A stretch of DNA of 64,000 nt, taken from positions 1,518 to 65,517 of the forward strand of contig DASZFS010000049.1 in assembly GCA_035939575.1 (NCBI GenBank). The letters run 5' to 3'. This document shows, piece after piece, positions 43,231 to 52,678 of this stretch. The position numbers were made by a program, and so were the translations under genes. The stretch comes from Vicinamibacterales bacterium (GTDB taxonomy: Bacteria; Acidobacteriota; Vicinamibacteria; Vicinamibacterales; CAVVIG01). Position 1 is the first letter of the stretch. Each line of letters opens with the position of its first letter. The notes under the pieces are model-generated. The model saw nothing but the letters and a program-made list of their open reading frames with translations, ran no database searches and was not told where the DNA came from.

Positions 43231-43983
43231 GATTATTGTACCACTCTGAAGATCTCACTTGACAATGCCTGCGCGGACCTGCACGACGAGAAGATCCGCG
43301 ACATCGACGCACAGCGCGTGCAGTGCGACGAGATCTGGCAATTCGTCGGAGCAAAGGCGAAGAACGTCTCGGACGAAAAGAAGATCGCCGGATGGGGCGA
43401 TTGCTGGACGTGGACCGCCATCGACGCCGACACGAAGCTGATCATTTCGTATGAAATCGGCTCGCGGAATGCGTTCAACTGCTACGAGTTCATGAAGGAT
43501 CTTGCCTCGCGCCTGACGGGCCGCGTCCAGCTTTCAACAGACGGCCTTCGTTGGTATCACGATGCCGTTGATCACGCCTTCGGCATCGACGTGGACTTCG
43601 CGCAGATCAACAAAATCTTCGGGAAGGTCGCTGCCGATCCGAGTGCCGCCGTTCGCTATAGTCCTGCGAAGATCACCGGCGTCACGAAGGAGGTGGTAAG
43701 AGGCAACCCGGATCCAAAGCACATCTCAACGAGCTACGTGGAGCGCCAGAACCTCACGATGCGGATGTCCATGCGGCGGTTTACGCGGCTGACCAATGGG
43801 TTCAGCAAAAAAATCGACAACCACATGGCCGCGACCGCGCTACACTTCGCGTACCACAACTTCTGCCGCGTGCATCAGACGCTACGCGTGACGCCCGCGA
43901 TGGAAGCCCGATTGACCGACCACGTGTGGAGTATTGAAGAATTGGTCGGCCTGCTGGATAGACGTAACGCGCTCGCGGCGTGA
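43231..43983 (+). mobile_element. 5'-truncated IS1-family-like DDE transposase gene fragment
   Basis: VQCDEIWQFVGAKAKN...GDCWTWTAIDADTKLIISYEIG.R...STDG...Y...SYVERQNLTMRMSMRRFTRLTNGFSKK...YNFCRVHQTL matches the IS1-like pattern. The frame is open from 43231 (just after TAG 43228-43230) with no ATG, and the N-terminal HTH part is missing. No terminal inverted repeats identified. Confidence 0.7.
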
Positions 43984-43995
43984 TGGAGGCGATGA

Positions 43996-44079
43996 ATGCA
44001 CGTCTCGATCAACGTCTGGTGGCTCGTCGGGATTGCGGCAATCGTCGTCATAGTGATTATGACGGTGTTCAAGAAATGA
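43996..44079 (+). CDS. possible 27-aa hydrophobic peptide (MHVSINVWWLVGIAAIVVIVIMTVFKK)
   Basis: Below the ORF-track size cutoff. GGAGG lies 6 nt upstream of the ATG. One TM segment plus a KK tail. It starts 13 nt after the transposase-fragment stop. Confidence 0.35.
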   Translation: MHVSINVWWLVGIAAIVVIVIMTVFKK

Positions 44080-44197
44080 GCACGCAAACTGACGCACTAC
44101 GCCCCCCTGGGCGGGCGTGGGTCAGTATGACAGTCCGACCAGACATGGCATCGATGGCCTGCCCTTCGCGTACCATGACTTCTGCATGTCTGGGGTA

Positions 44198-44287
44198 ATG
44201 GGCCTTCACGGCTTGACGATGCCGGTGCTTATCACCATTTTTCTTGTTGGCCTGATGCTGCTTGGTCCTCGGAGGAACGTTCGATGA
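44198..44287 (+). CDS. possible 29-aa hydrophobic peptide (MGLHGLTMPVLITIFLVGLMLLGPRRNVR)
   Basis: Below the ORF-track cutoff. One TM segment plus a basic tail. Only a weak GGGG upstream. Confidence 0.25.
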   Translation: MGLHGLTMPVLITIFLVGLMLLGPRRNVR

Positions 44288-44320
44288 CGGAGCACTCAAG
44301 CTTTTGCATGAGCCATTCCG

Positions 44321-47002
44321 CTACTCATATCTGAGTGCCTCTATCGGATCGATCCGCGTGGCGCGCCGCGCGGGGACGTAACAGGCGGCGAGCCCAACCA
44401 TCACAAACGTACCTGCCACTGCCACAAACGTCACGAGGTCGACGGGAGCGATCCCAAACAGAAAGGCTCTCATCAATCGACCTGCCGCGGCACCAAGCGC
44501 CAGCCCGACGGCAGACCCGATCACAGCAAGTGAGATGCCTTGTCGAAGAACCATCGCTACAACGGTCGCGGGCCGAGCACCCAGGGCGATTCGGATTCCG
44601 ATCTCTCGCGTCCGACTCGTTACCATGTATGCGCTCACGCCATAGATTCCAATGGCCGCCAACAGCAACCCCACCAGTCCCAACGTGCTGGACACTGACG
44701 CGGCGATACGCTGCGGCACAAGCGCCACCGCAGTCAGATCGGCGAACGTCTGCGCTGTAATGATGGGCAAGGCTGGATTGAGCGACGTGACCAGTGAACG
44801 GATTTCGGCTGCAAAGCGCTCGCCATGCGCCGTGCGAACCGCAATCATCATTTGCGGGCTGTACTGTTGTTGCAGGGGGACATACACGAACGGGTGCGGC
44901 GCTTCACCCAGGCTGCGGTAATTCGCATCGTGCGCGACGCCGATGACGACCATCGAACGGCCGGGACTCGTGTTCGAGCCATTCTCCAGGATCAGCACTT
45001 TCCCGATAGGGTCCTGTCCTGGCCAGAATTGCCCGACGGTCGCTTCGCTCACGATGGCGACCGAGGTCGTGCCGCCGCGATCTGCATCGCTGAAGTCCCG
45101 CCCCGCCACCAGCGGAATCCGCAGCGTGGCAAAGTAGCGGGATTCCACCATGCTGCCGTTGACCTCCCAGAAACGTTGGCCGGCCGGGGGCAGGATGCCG
45201 GGAACCGTGAGCCTCAGACGCCAGGAGCCACCCATCGGCAGCGTCGTAGCAACGGTGGCCTCCTGGACCCCTGGTAATGCCCGCAGGCGATCGACCAATT
45301 GCTTCGCGAACGGCGGCCCCGTGGTATCCGAATAGCCGGCAAGTGACAGATCAACGAGCGCCAGTTCAACCCCGTGTGGATCGAATCCTGGATCGATCGT
45401 GGCGGCCCGTTGCAGCGCCCGTAGGAATAACCCGGCGCCGAGGACCAGGATCACGCTGCAGCTCACTTGGCCAACCACGAAGGCGCGCCGAAGCCGCACG
45501 CGACCCAACGATCCATCTGCGGCATCTTTCAGTGTCGAGAGGACGTCGGTCCTGGATGCCTGCAGCGCGGGTACCAGGCCGGATAACAGCGCCGCGCTCA
45601 ACGAGAGTCCCACCGTCAGCGCGATGACACGGCCGTCAAGTGCCAACCCGACGCCAATGGGAATAGGAATAATCGGCATCAACAAGACGAGGAGTGACGT
45701 CATTTCACGAGCGATCAGCAGGCCGCCGATGGCACCGAGGCCGAACAGGAGGATCGTCTCGGTGAGAAGCTGCCGCACCAATCGTGCCCGACCCGCCCCC
45801 ATGGCCAACCGCACTGCAATCTCTCGTCGCCGCGCAGCCGCACGGGCCAGGAGGATACCCGCGACATTTGCGCACGCGACCAGGAGGACGAGCGACACAA
45901 TGCCGAGCAAGAGAACGAGAAATCCCGTTACCGGCAACAGGTTGCCTGGAATCGGTGCGGAAGCCATGACACGCAACCGTTCGCCGCGGTTTTCGCTGGG
46001 ATATTCACGGGCGAGGTCACCGGCGATCGTCTCGAGCTCCGCTGCAGCCTGGGACACGGAAACGCCCGGCTTCAGGCGCGCACCCAGGAAGAACGAGTTG
46101 ATCGCGCGATTGTTGAGCAGTGAGAGGTTGCCCGCCTTCGGCACGACAACGCCGGCCATACTCGCGGATGTCCACAGGTCGACGCGAATGACATTCGTGC
46201 CCTGGAAGCCCGCCGGCGTCACACCGATGACCGTAAATGCCTGGCCGTTCAGTTGGACCTGCCGTCCGACGATGGCGGGATCGGCGTTGAACCGCCTTAC
46301 CCAGAAGCCATAGCTCAACACCACGAGCGGACTCGCGCCCGGTTGTTCGTTATCGCGCACATCGAGCAGTCGGCCGACGGCTGGCCGGACGCCGAGCACT
46401 GTGAAGTAATTGCTCGTGACCAGATTGCCGAAAATGCGCTCGGCCACGATGCCGCTATTCCCCAGGCTCATGGGCGTGCCCGCGGGCAGATAGGCATATA
46501 TGCCCTCGAGCGTCGTCGCCCTGTCACGAATGTCGAGATAGTTGGGGTACGACAGGTTGTTGAAACTGCCGCGATCATCCCGACCGATATCGATCAAGCG
46601 ATTGGGGCTGGCCACGCCGATTGGCGCAGCGAACAGGAGTGCATTGGCCAATGTGAAAACCGTGGTGTTGGCGCCGATCCCAATCGCAAGCGACAGCACG
46701 GCAGTCATCGTGAACAACGGGCTCCGCCTCAGGAGTCGCGTAGCTTGCCGCAGGTCACGGACGGCATCGTCAATCCAAACGAACGATCTTGCATCGCGAT
46801 GAAGTTCTTTCGCCTGGGCGATGCCGCCGAACGCGCGGTGAGCGGCAGCGCGAGCGTCCGCAGGCGCCAGGCCGCGCCGCCGGAACTCATCTTCCAGCAA
46901 GTCGAGATGTGACCTCACCTCGCGGCCAAGTTCGGACTCAGCTTGTCCCGGCCACATGGCGTTCTTCAGCCTGAACAGCCATTGTCTCGACCGCGAGATC
47001 AT
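44321..47002 (-). CDS. ADOP-family duplicated FtsX/MacB-like permease
   Basis: 893 aa. The N-terminal cytoplasmic ELGREVRSHLDLLEDEFRRRGLAPADARAAAHRAFGG segment, two MacB_PCD + FtsX halves and the C-terminal PARRATRIDPIEALRYE are the layout I recognise as TIGR03434-type ADOP. ATGA overlap with padR. Confidence 0.9.
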   Translation of the reverse strand: MISRSRQWLFRLKNAMWPGQAESELGREVRSHLDLLEDEFRRRGLAPADARAAAHRAFGGIAQAKELHRDARSFVWIDDAVRDLRQATRLLRRSPLFTMTAVLSLAIGIGANTTVFTLANALLFAAPIGVASPNRLIDIGRDDRGSFNNLSYPNYLDIRDRATTLEGIYAYLPAGTPMSLGNSGIVAERIFGNLVTSNYFTVLGVRPAVGRLLDVRDNEQPGASPLVVLSYGFWVRRFNADPAIVGRQVQLNGQAFTVIGVTPAGFQGTNVIRVDLWTSASMAGVVVPKAGNLSLLNNRAINSFFLGARLKPGVSVSQAAAELETIAGDLAREYPSENRGERLRVMASAPIPGNLLPVTGFLVLLLGIVSLVLLVACANVAGILLARAAARRREIAVRLAMGAGRARLVRQLLTETILLFGLGAIGGLLIAREMTSLLVLLMPIIPIPIGVGLALDGRVIALTVGLSLSAALLSGLVPALQASRTDVLSTLKDAADGSLGRVRLRRAFVVGQVSCSVILVLGAGLFLRALQRAATIDPGFDPHGVELALVDLSLAGYSDTTGPPFAKQLVDRLRALPGVQEATVATTLPMGGSWRLRLTVPGILPPAGQRFWEVNGSMVESRYFATLRIPLVAGRDFSDADRGGTTSVAIVSEATVGQFWPGQDPIGKVLILENGSNTSPGRSMVVIGVAHDANYRSLGEAPHPFVYVPLQQQYSPQMMIAVRTAHGERFAAEIRSLVTSLNPALPIITAQTFADLTAVALVPQRIAASVSSTLGLVGLLLAAIGIYGVSAYMVTSRTREIGIRIALGARPATVVAMVLRQGISLAVIGSAVGLALGAAAGRLMRAFLFGIAPVDLVTFVAVAGTFVMVGLAACYVPARRATRIDPIEALRYE

Positions 47003-47349
47003 GACGACTCACCCACGAGAAGCTTGTCGACAAGGCCCACGAGTCGACGCCAACGATCGGTCTCCTCACGGAGCCCTCGGAGGCCGGGTTTCGTAATCGC
47101 GTAGTACTTGGCCTCGCGGTTGTTCTCAGTGCGCTGCCATGAGCCTTTAATCCAACCCTTCTGTTCCAGGCGCACGAGGGCTGGATACAAAGACCCCTGA
47201 TTGAGCGTCAGCGACGGCGCGGCCACTTGCTCGAGACGGGCTGCCAGCGCATAAGCGTGCTGCGGTCCCATCGTGACAAGGGCTCGCAGGACGATCAGAT
47301 CCAGGGTGCCTTGGAGAAGTTCGACGCGCCCGTTTCGTTCACTAGACAT
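46999..47349 (-). CDS. PadR-family transcriptional regulator (acidobacterial type)
   Basis: LLQGTLDLIVLRAL...HAYALAARL...LNQGSLYPALVRLEQKGWI...REAKYYAIT. ATG 47349 is preferred over TTG 47373. Confidence 0.88.
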   Translation of the reverse strand: MSSERNGRVELLQGTLDLIVLRALVTMGPQHAYALAARLEQVAAPSLTLNQGSLYPALVRLEQKGWIKGSWQRTENNREAKYYAITKPGLRGLREETDRWRRLVGLVDKLLVGESS

Positions 47350-47482
47350 TCGGGTGAAGTCCGGGGCCGACAATGCCAGACATTCACCGAATCTGTCAAG
47401 GAGCCGCGGAAGGCAGAGGAGGCGGAGACGACCCTGGAGGGTCGACCGCGTTCAGTCGATAGTTAGACGTGTGCGCTATCAA

Positions 47483-47932
47483 ATGAAGAGATCGATTCAA
47501 GCCCTACACGCATACGGACTCGCTCTGGTGCTCGCCGCGAGTTCGTCCGCCTGGGCGCAGCGCCCGCCGGCCCCGTCCATTCCCGTGGACGACCACTACA
47601 TCCTGGCTCTGTCGACGGCTGACCACTTTCTGCACGCGTGGGCCACGCGGGACGCGGACGCAGGGCGCACGACCCTGACGCCGGCCGCGATCGCGCGCTA
47701 CTCGGCCGAACAGATCGCGATGCTTTTCCAGGGTGTGTCCAGCCCCCATCACGAATCGTTCGAGATTGGACCCGGGCACGCCTTGTCGCCGACCAAGTAC
47801 GCATTCGACGTCATCCAATACGAGTACCTGACGAACATGAACTTCCACGGATCACGGCGCAGGCCGGCGCGCCTCGTCGTCGTTGAGGTCAAACCCAACA
47901 CGTGGCTGGTCGATGAATTCCCTGACTCGTAA
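47483..47932 (+). CDS. secreted hypothetical protein (149 aa)
   Basis: ATG 47483 (MKRSIQALHAYGLALVLAASSSAWAQ signal peptide). It overlaps the next gene by 20 nt. No family recognised. Confidence 0.55.
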   Translation: MKRSIQALHAYGLALVLAASSSAWAQRPPAPSIPVDDHYILALSTADHFLHAWATRDADAGRTTLTPAAIARYSAEQIAMLFQGVSSPHHESFEIGPGHALSPTKYAFDVIQYEYLTNMNFHGSRRRPARLVVVEVKPNTWLVDEFPDS

Positions 47933-49751
47933 AGTCGTCTCCGCCGCGGTGCTTCTGATCGTGTTGCTCGCCGCCATCCCACCGTCGGCCACCGCGCCGG
48001 ACACGGATACCGATGGTGACGGGCTGCCCGACGCGTGGGAAACGTCGGCCGGCCGGGCGTACGGCTGCGACCCGCGACACGCGGATCTCCTTGTCTACAC
48101 CATCGAGCGCTCAACGATGACCGACAAGGTGACCGACACGATCAACCACGCCACGGCGTTCTTCAATGCGCTGAATGTCGGCAATCCGGACGGCCAGCGC
48201 GGCATCCGTCTGCACGTCATTCGCGGGCCGAAGACTACCGACCAGAACTCCAGCTATTCCGATCTGGCGAAGACGTATCTGCCGGCGTCCCTCAAGGGCC
48301 GTGCGCACTTTAATGTCTTCAGCAACGATCCTGGCGGCCAGACCAACGGCAATGCGAGCATCTCCGGCGTCGCGGAGTTCGGTTGGAACTCGTTCGTGCA
48401 CGAACTCGGCCACCAGCTCGGGCTCAATCACGAAGCGATCGGCTTCAAGGTCCAGAGTCCGGTGCACGCGAGTCTGATGAACTATGCCTACCTCGACGGC
48501 TTCAACGGCAACGAGAATGCGATCCAGTTCAGCGATGGCCGCTTCGCGTCGCTCCGCATGACGGAAACCAGCCTCGACGAGACGCTGCCGTTTCCGATCG
48601 CGTCCCTCCAGTTTCTCGCCAACGATCCCTATCGATTCGCGATGAAGGCCGTGGGGTCACGCACGCAAGTTGACTGGAACCGCAACGGGATCTTTGGCGA
48701 AAAAGGCGTCCGCGCCGACATCAACTACCAGCCGAGCTCGTGGCTCGGTGACCGCATCAAGATCGAAGCGAGCCTGACGGCGCCGGCCGGCGCGTATGTC
48801 AACAAAGACTTCTACGTCGCGTACGGGGTGCCGGCTGGGCGACTCCGCGCGATTGTCCTCCGCAAGTTTCTGGGCGGCAACCGTTGGGGGCCGCGTGTCG
48901 CCACGGGTCTGATCACCGCCGTTGGTGATCCGACGCTCGTCGCCGACCGCGGTGTGTTGTGGGTTGCGAGCCAGACTCCCACGGGCGTCGATGTCGTGGC
49001 GCTCCAGGCGACAGGCGACGGAGCTCGCGTCGACGGCAACCTGAGCGCGACACTTCCGGCGACGCGGCCGGCCCGTCAGCCGACGCTAGCTGTGCTGGAC
49101 ACGCGCCTCGTCCTCTTCCTTCACGAGCTCGGCACCAATCGAGTGCTCGCCCTGCCGTACTCGGGATCCGGCCGTACCTGGGGGCAGGAGCACGACACCG
49201 GCATCAAGAGCCTTACGACGGTCGGTGCCGCGTGGCACCCGATCCAGCACAAGGCGGTGATCGTCGCGACGATGAATACGAATGTGAAAGGACGGATGGC
49301 CGTGTACTTCCGCGGTGTCAAGGATGGGCTGATCGATGCCACAGGCGATGACGATTGGATCGGCGGAAAAGACGGCGGGAACGCCACGATCGCTCGTCCC
49401 GCCGTGCTCGTCGACACGTCTCGCGATGCGGGCCCGGCGGGTCGGGTGTATGCGTACTATGCGGCGTCGAACCCGGGCCTGCCCGTGTTTTTCAGCATGC
49501 AGGTCGCCGACAAGCACTTCAACGGCGGCTGGCTCGAGCGCAGTGCATACGATCAATGGACGATCACCGCGAGCGCGCCGGCGGCGGTCCTCGGTCCGAC
49601 TGGCGAGATCGCGTACTGTTACCGCGACCAGTCGAACGGTATGCTGAACTGCTCGTTTGCTGGCAGCGGCGTCGAACCTGGCGAGATGGGCGACGCGGAT
49701 GAAGTGAGCTTCATCCGACTCCAAGGACTGAAGCGATCGCTAGGCCGTTGA
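47913..49751 (+). CDS. secreted metzincin-type zinc metalloprotease with ~350-aa C-terminal beta-rich domain
   Basis: Signal peptide, a TSP3-like Ca-binding DTDTDGDGLPDAWE, HELGHQLGLNH (HExxHxxGxxH) and a downstream SLMNY Met-turn-like motif. Confidence 0.75.
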   Translation: MNSLTRKVVSAAVLLIVLLAAIPPSATAPDTDTDGDGLPDAWETSAGRAYGCDPRHADLLVYTIERSTMTDKVTDTINHATAFFNALNVGNPDGQRGIRLHVIRGPKTTDQNSSYSDLAKTYLPASLKGRAHFNVFSNDPGGQTNGNASISGVAEFGWNSFVHELGHQLGLNHEAIGFKVQSPVHASLMNYAYLDGFNGNENAIQFSDGRFASLRMTETSLDETLPFPIASLQFLANDPYRFAMKAVGSRTQVDWNRNGIFGEKGVRADINYQPSSWLGDRIKIEASLTAPAGAYVNKDFYVAYGVPAGRLRAIVLRKFLGGNRWGPRVATGLITAVGDPTLVADRGVLWVASQTPTGVDVVALQATGDGARVDGNLSATLPATRPARQPTLAVLDTRLVLFLHELGTNRVLALPYSGSGRTWGQEHDTGIKSLTTVGAAWHPIQHKAVIVATMNTNVKGRMAVYFRGVKDGLIDATGDDDWIGGKDGGNATIARPAVLVDTSRDAGPAGRVYAYYAASNPGLPVFFSMQVADKHFNGGWLERSAYDQWTITASAPAAVLGPTGEIAYCYRDQSNGMLNCSFAGSGVEPGEMGDADEVSFIRLQGLKRSLGR

Positions 49752-49842
49752 AAGCCGCACGTCCCCTCTGACGACTACGGCGACCAGGGATATAGTGTAG
49801 ATCCACGGTGAGTTCCTGGTTGCACTGCGTCATGGCCGAATC

Positions 49843-51250
49843 ATGAGATTGCGCGTCGTGCTGGTAATCGTCATCTGCTCGATCTGGCCGCTGCGTGCAC
49901 TGGCCCAGACCGCCGGCCTCACGGCCGATCAACAGGCCGCGCGGGACATCCTTCGAGAGCTGATCGAGATCAATACCTCTTACAAAGGCGGGAGCACCGC
50001 GCCGGCGGTGCGCGCGATAGCCGATCGCTTCCTCGCCGCCGGCTTTCCCGCCAAGGATGTGAGCATCGTGGGTCCTCAGGGTGACAAGGATCCGAATCTC
50101 GTGATCCGAATGGCAGGCTCGTCGGCGGAACGGCCGCTCCTGCTCCTTGCTCACCTCGACGTCGTCGAAGCGCTTCGGGCGGACTGGTCGATGGATCCGT
50201 ACACGCTCAATGAGCGCGACGGGTTCTTCTACGGGCGTGGCACCGCCGATATCAAGGACGGCGCCGCGACGCTCATCGCCGCCCTCCTGCGCCTCAAACG
50301 CGAACGGGTGACCCCGACTCGCACGCTGATTCTGGCCTTGACCGCGGGCGAAGAAGGCGGCGGCGGGTACAACGGCGTGTCGTGGCTCATCGCCAATCAC
50401 CGCGATCTCATCGACGCGGAGCTGTGCCTCAACGTCGACGGCGGAGACCCGCTCATCAAGAACGGGAAGCGTGTGCTGCGTTCGGTGCAGTCGAGCGAAA
50501 AGCTGTTTCTGTCGTTCAGGCTGGAGGTCACCAACGCCGGGGGCCACAGCTCCATGCCCTCGCGCGACAACGCGATTTACCATCTGGCGGCCGGCCTGGA
50601 TCGCCTCGCGGCCTACGAATTCCCGGTCCACCTGAACGAGACAACGCGCGCCTATTTCGCGAAGTACGCGGCCCTCGAGACGGGGCAGACGGCCACCGAC
50701 ATGCGGACTATCGCGATTGACGATCATGACGACGCGGCGGCGCGCCGGCTGTCTGCATCGCCCTTCTACAACGCGCAGCTGCGCACGACGTGCGTGGCGA
50801 CAATGCTCGAGGCAGGGCACGCGGAGAACGCGCTGCCGCAGACTGCCCGTGCCACCGTCAACTGCCGCAATCCTGCCCGAGGAAACCCCCGCGCAGATTC
50901 AGGAAACCCTCGTCCGCATCGTCGCCGATCCGGCAGTCCATGTTACGCCGGCACAGGCACCAGGGCCGAGCGAGCCTTCACGGCTGTCGCCAGCGATCAT
51001 GGATCCTGTGGAGCGCGTGAGTAAGCGGCTGGTTCCCGGTGTGCCCGTCGTTCCGCAGATGGAAACCGGTGCGACCGACGGCGCCTTTCTCCGTGCGGCC
51101 GGTATCCCGACCTACGGCGTGAGCGGCGTGTTCATCGACATCGACGACAACCGGGCGCACGGGCGCGACGAGCGGATCATCGTGAAAGAGTTCTACGATG
51201 GAGTCGAGTTCATCTATCAGCTCGTGCGCGATCTCGCCGTCTCGCATTAG
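49843..51250 (+). pseudogene. M20-family peptidase gene interrupted by a +1 frameshift near 50869
   Basis: ORF 49843..51024 carries the N-terminal two-thirds (LLLLAHLDVV, GRGTADIKDG, TAGEEGG...TCVATMLEAGHAENALPQTARATVNCR). ORF 50717..51250 carries the rest in another frame (ILPEETPAQIQETL...GATDGAFLRAAGIPTYGV...AHGRDERI). The junction is CGC a ATC at 50866-50872. Confidence 0.75.
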
Positions 51251-51364
51251 AACGAACGGTCGAAGGACCAAGGCTCGTCGCCTTTGAGAGTTGGCGTCTT
51301 CTCGGCGTGTACCGGACAATCTCAACCGAGCCACTACCGAACTACTACCGAGCGCGAAGGCAGC

Positions 51365-51481
51365 ATGAGGCGACCCATCAGGACAGCCATCTGGATAATC
51401 GGCGGCCTGCTCCTCGTCGGTCTGTCACTAGTGGGCGTGCTGGTCTTTTACTACCGACCGACACTTGAATGGGCGAAATGA
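51365..51481 (+). CDS. possible 38-aa single-TM peptide
   Basis: MRRPIRTAIWIIGGLLLVGLSLVGVLVFYYRPTLEWAK, with GAAGG upstream. It lies in the low-GC islet. Confidence 0.35.
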   Translation: MRRPIRTAIWIIGGLLLVGLSLVGVLVFYYRPTLEWAK

Positions 51482-51511
51482 TGTCTTCAAGGGGCATGAC
51501 GGAGAACCATC

Positions 51512-51697
51512 ATGACAACAGTCAGGGGAATTACTGGCGGCTCGCAACCAGTAATTGTTAGCGCGAAACAGGCCGTCGTCGAACTCAGAATCGGGACCCA
51601 GAACGCTTCTTTGCCGGCCAGTCAGGCGCGCTTACTGGCATATGCGATCCTGTCGGCTGCAGAGGATGCCGAGGCTGGACTCGAAGAACGGCACTAG
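51512..51697 (+). CDS. hypothetical 61-aa protein
   Basis: ORF with an ATG start in the low-GC islet. No family recognised. Confidence 0.3.
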   Translation: MTTVRGITGGSQPVIVSAKQAVVELRIGTQNASLPASQARLLAYAILSAAEDAEAGLEERH

Positions 51698-51740
51698 CTC
51701 ATGAATTTCAAAGAGCCGACCACTGTCTGGAGAGAGCTCC

Positions 51741-52085
51741 ATGTGTCACCCAACCTGTGAATGCCACGAGTGCGAGAAACTCGCTGAGGACCTGCGCGAA
51801 GCTTGGCAGGCAGACCGTCGGGAATTGCAGGCTCGCCTGGAGGCGGTCGCGGCCTCATCCGGACGCGATCCTCGCCGCATGAAGGTCGATTGGATATTCT
51901 CGATTGCCGAAATGCCTGACGACGAGACGAGAGTGTTGCTCGAAGCTCAGTATCCGCGGGTTGCAAAGGCGCGACGAAACCAGGAGCGGCACAGAGCAAC
52001 AACGGGCCACTCGCTGGGCTCGCGGGGATGGACCGTGCAGGATCAAGCGAGCATGTGGTGGATGCTCACGCGCAACGGTCCTTAG
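51741..52085 (+). CDS. hypothetical 114-aa protein with N-terminal CxxxCxCxxC cluster
   Basis: MCHPTCECHECEKLAEDL...: four Cys and two His within the first 11 residues, then a helical charged region. Confidence 0.35.
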   Translation: MCHPTCECHECEKLAEDLREAWQADRRELQARLEAVAASSGRDPRRMKVDWIFSIAEMPDDETRVLLEAQYPRVAKARRNQERHRATTGHSLGSRGWTVQDQASMWWMLTRNGP

Positions 52086-52257
52086 TTTGGCGGTGGCGTT
52101 TCGCCGGCGCTCCGGACGGTCATCGGGCCCGCCAGCGGCAGCGACAACGATGTTCGAAGGGTGTCGGTGTCTGGATCGCTGAGGCCGTCGCGTGACGTGA
52201 GATACTCGTCCGTGTGGTGAGGCGCCGAGTCGCAGCCTGACAAAGGAAGATTCAATA

Positions 52258-52539
52258 GTGTCCGAGACCAAGAAATCCGGGAAGCAGAAATCCGAGACCC
52301 AGAAACCCGTTCCAGGGCAATGCATCATCTTCAAGCGGGCCGATGGCCTCTATGACGTCCTCAAGGTTGACGAAGCCGGTGAGCGGGCAACCGTACGCGC
52401 CGGGCTCAAGCAAATCGAAGACGCGTACCACATCGCGCGCAACAGCCTGAGTGCGGGGCGCGTGTTGTATGCCGACCACTCGGCGCCTGACGCGTTCGAG
52501 AAGTATACGTTTCTCAAGGAGCCCACCCGGGCCCGGTAG
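52258..52539 (+). CDS. hypothetical 93-aa protein
   Basis: GTG start, a Lys-rich N-terminus (SETKKSGKQKSETQK) and then a compact domain. No family recognised. Confidence 0.3.
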   Translation: MSETKKSGKQKSETQKPVPGQCIIFKRADGLYDVLKVDEAGERATVRAGLKQIEDAYHIARNSLSAGRVLYADHSAPDAFEKYTFLKEPTRAR

Positions 52540-52649
52540 CGCGGCCTATTCTGGCGCAACCCCGTCACGATTACGTCCATTAATTTGGATACCACTGCGT
52601 CTCTGGGTTCTCGAGACGGGTGAAACTGTCCACGTTCGCACACTGTCCG

Positions 52650-52678
52650 TTGACAATCGATGACAAGCGTCGTAATTT
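52650..52678 (+). promoter_or_regulatory. possible sigma-70 promoter TTGACA-N17-TAATTT
   Basis: Perfect -35, a 17-nt spacer and a -10 keeping T1, A2 and T6. It would give a ~200-nt leader before the receptor gene start at 52878. Confidence 0.3.

Noticed and set aside
47374-47482. PadR operator in the divergent padR / secreted-protein intergenic region
   Set aside because: I found only imperfect repeats (attcgggtgaa / ttcaccgaat; GACA-N11-TGTC). This is not convincing without a binding-site model.
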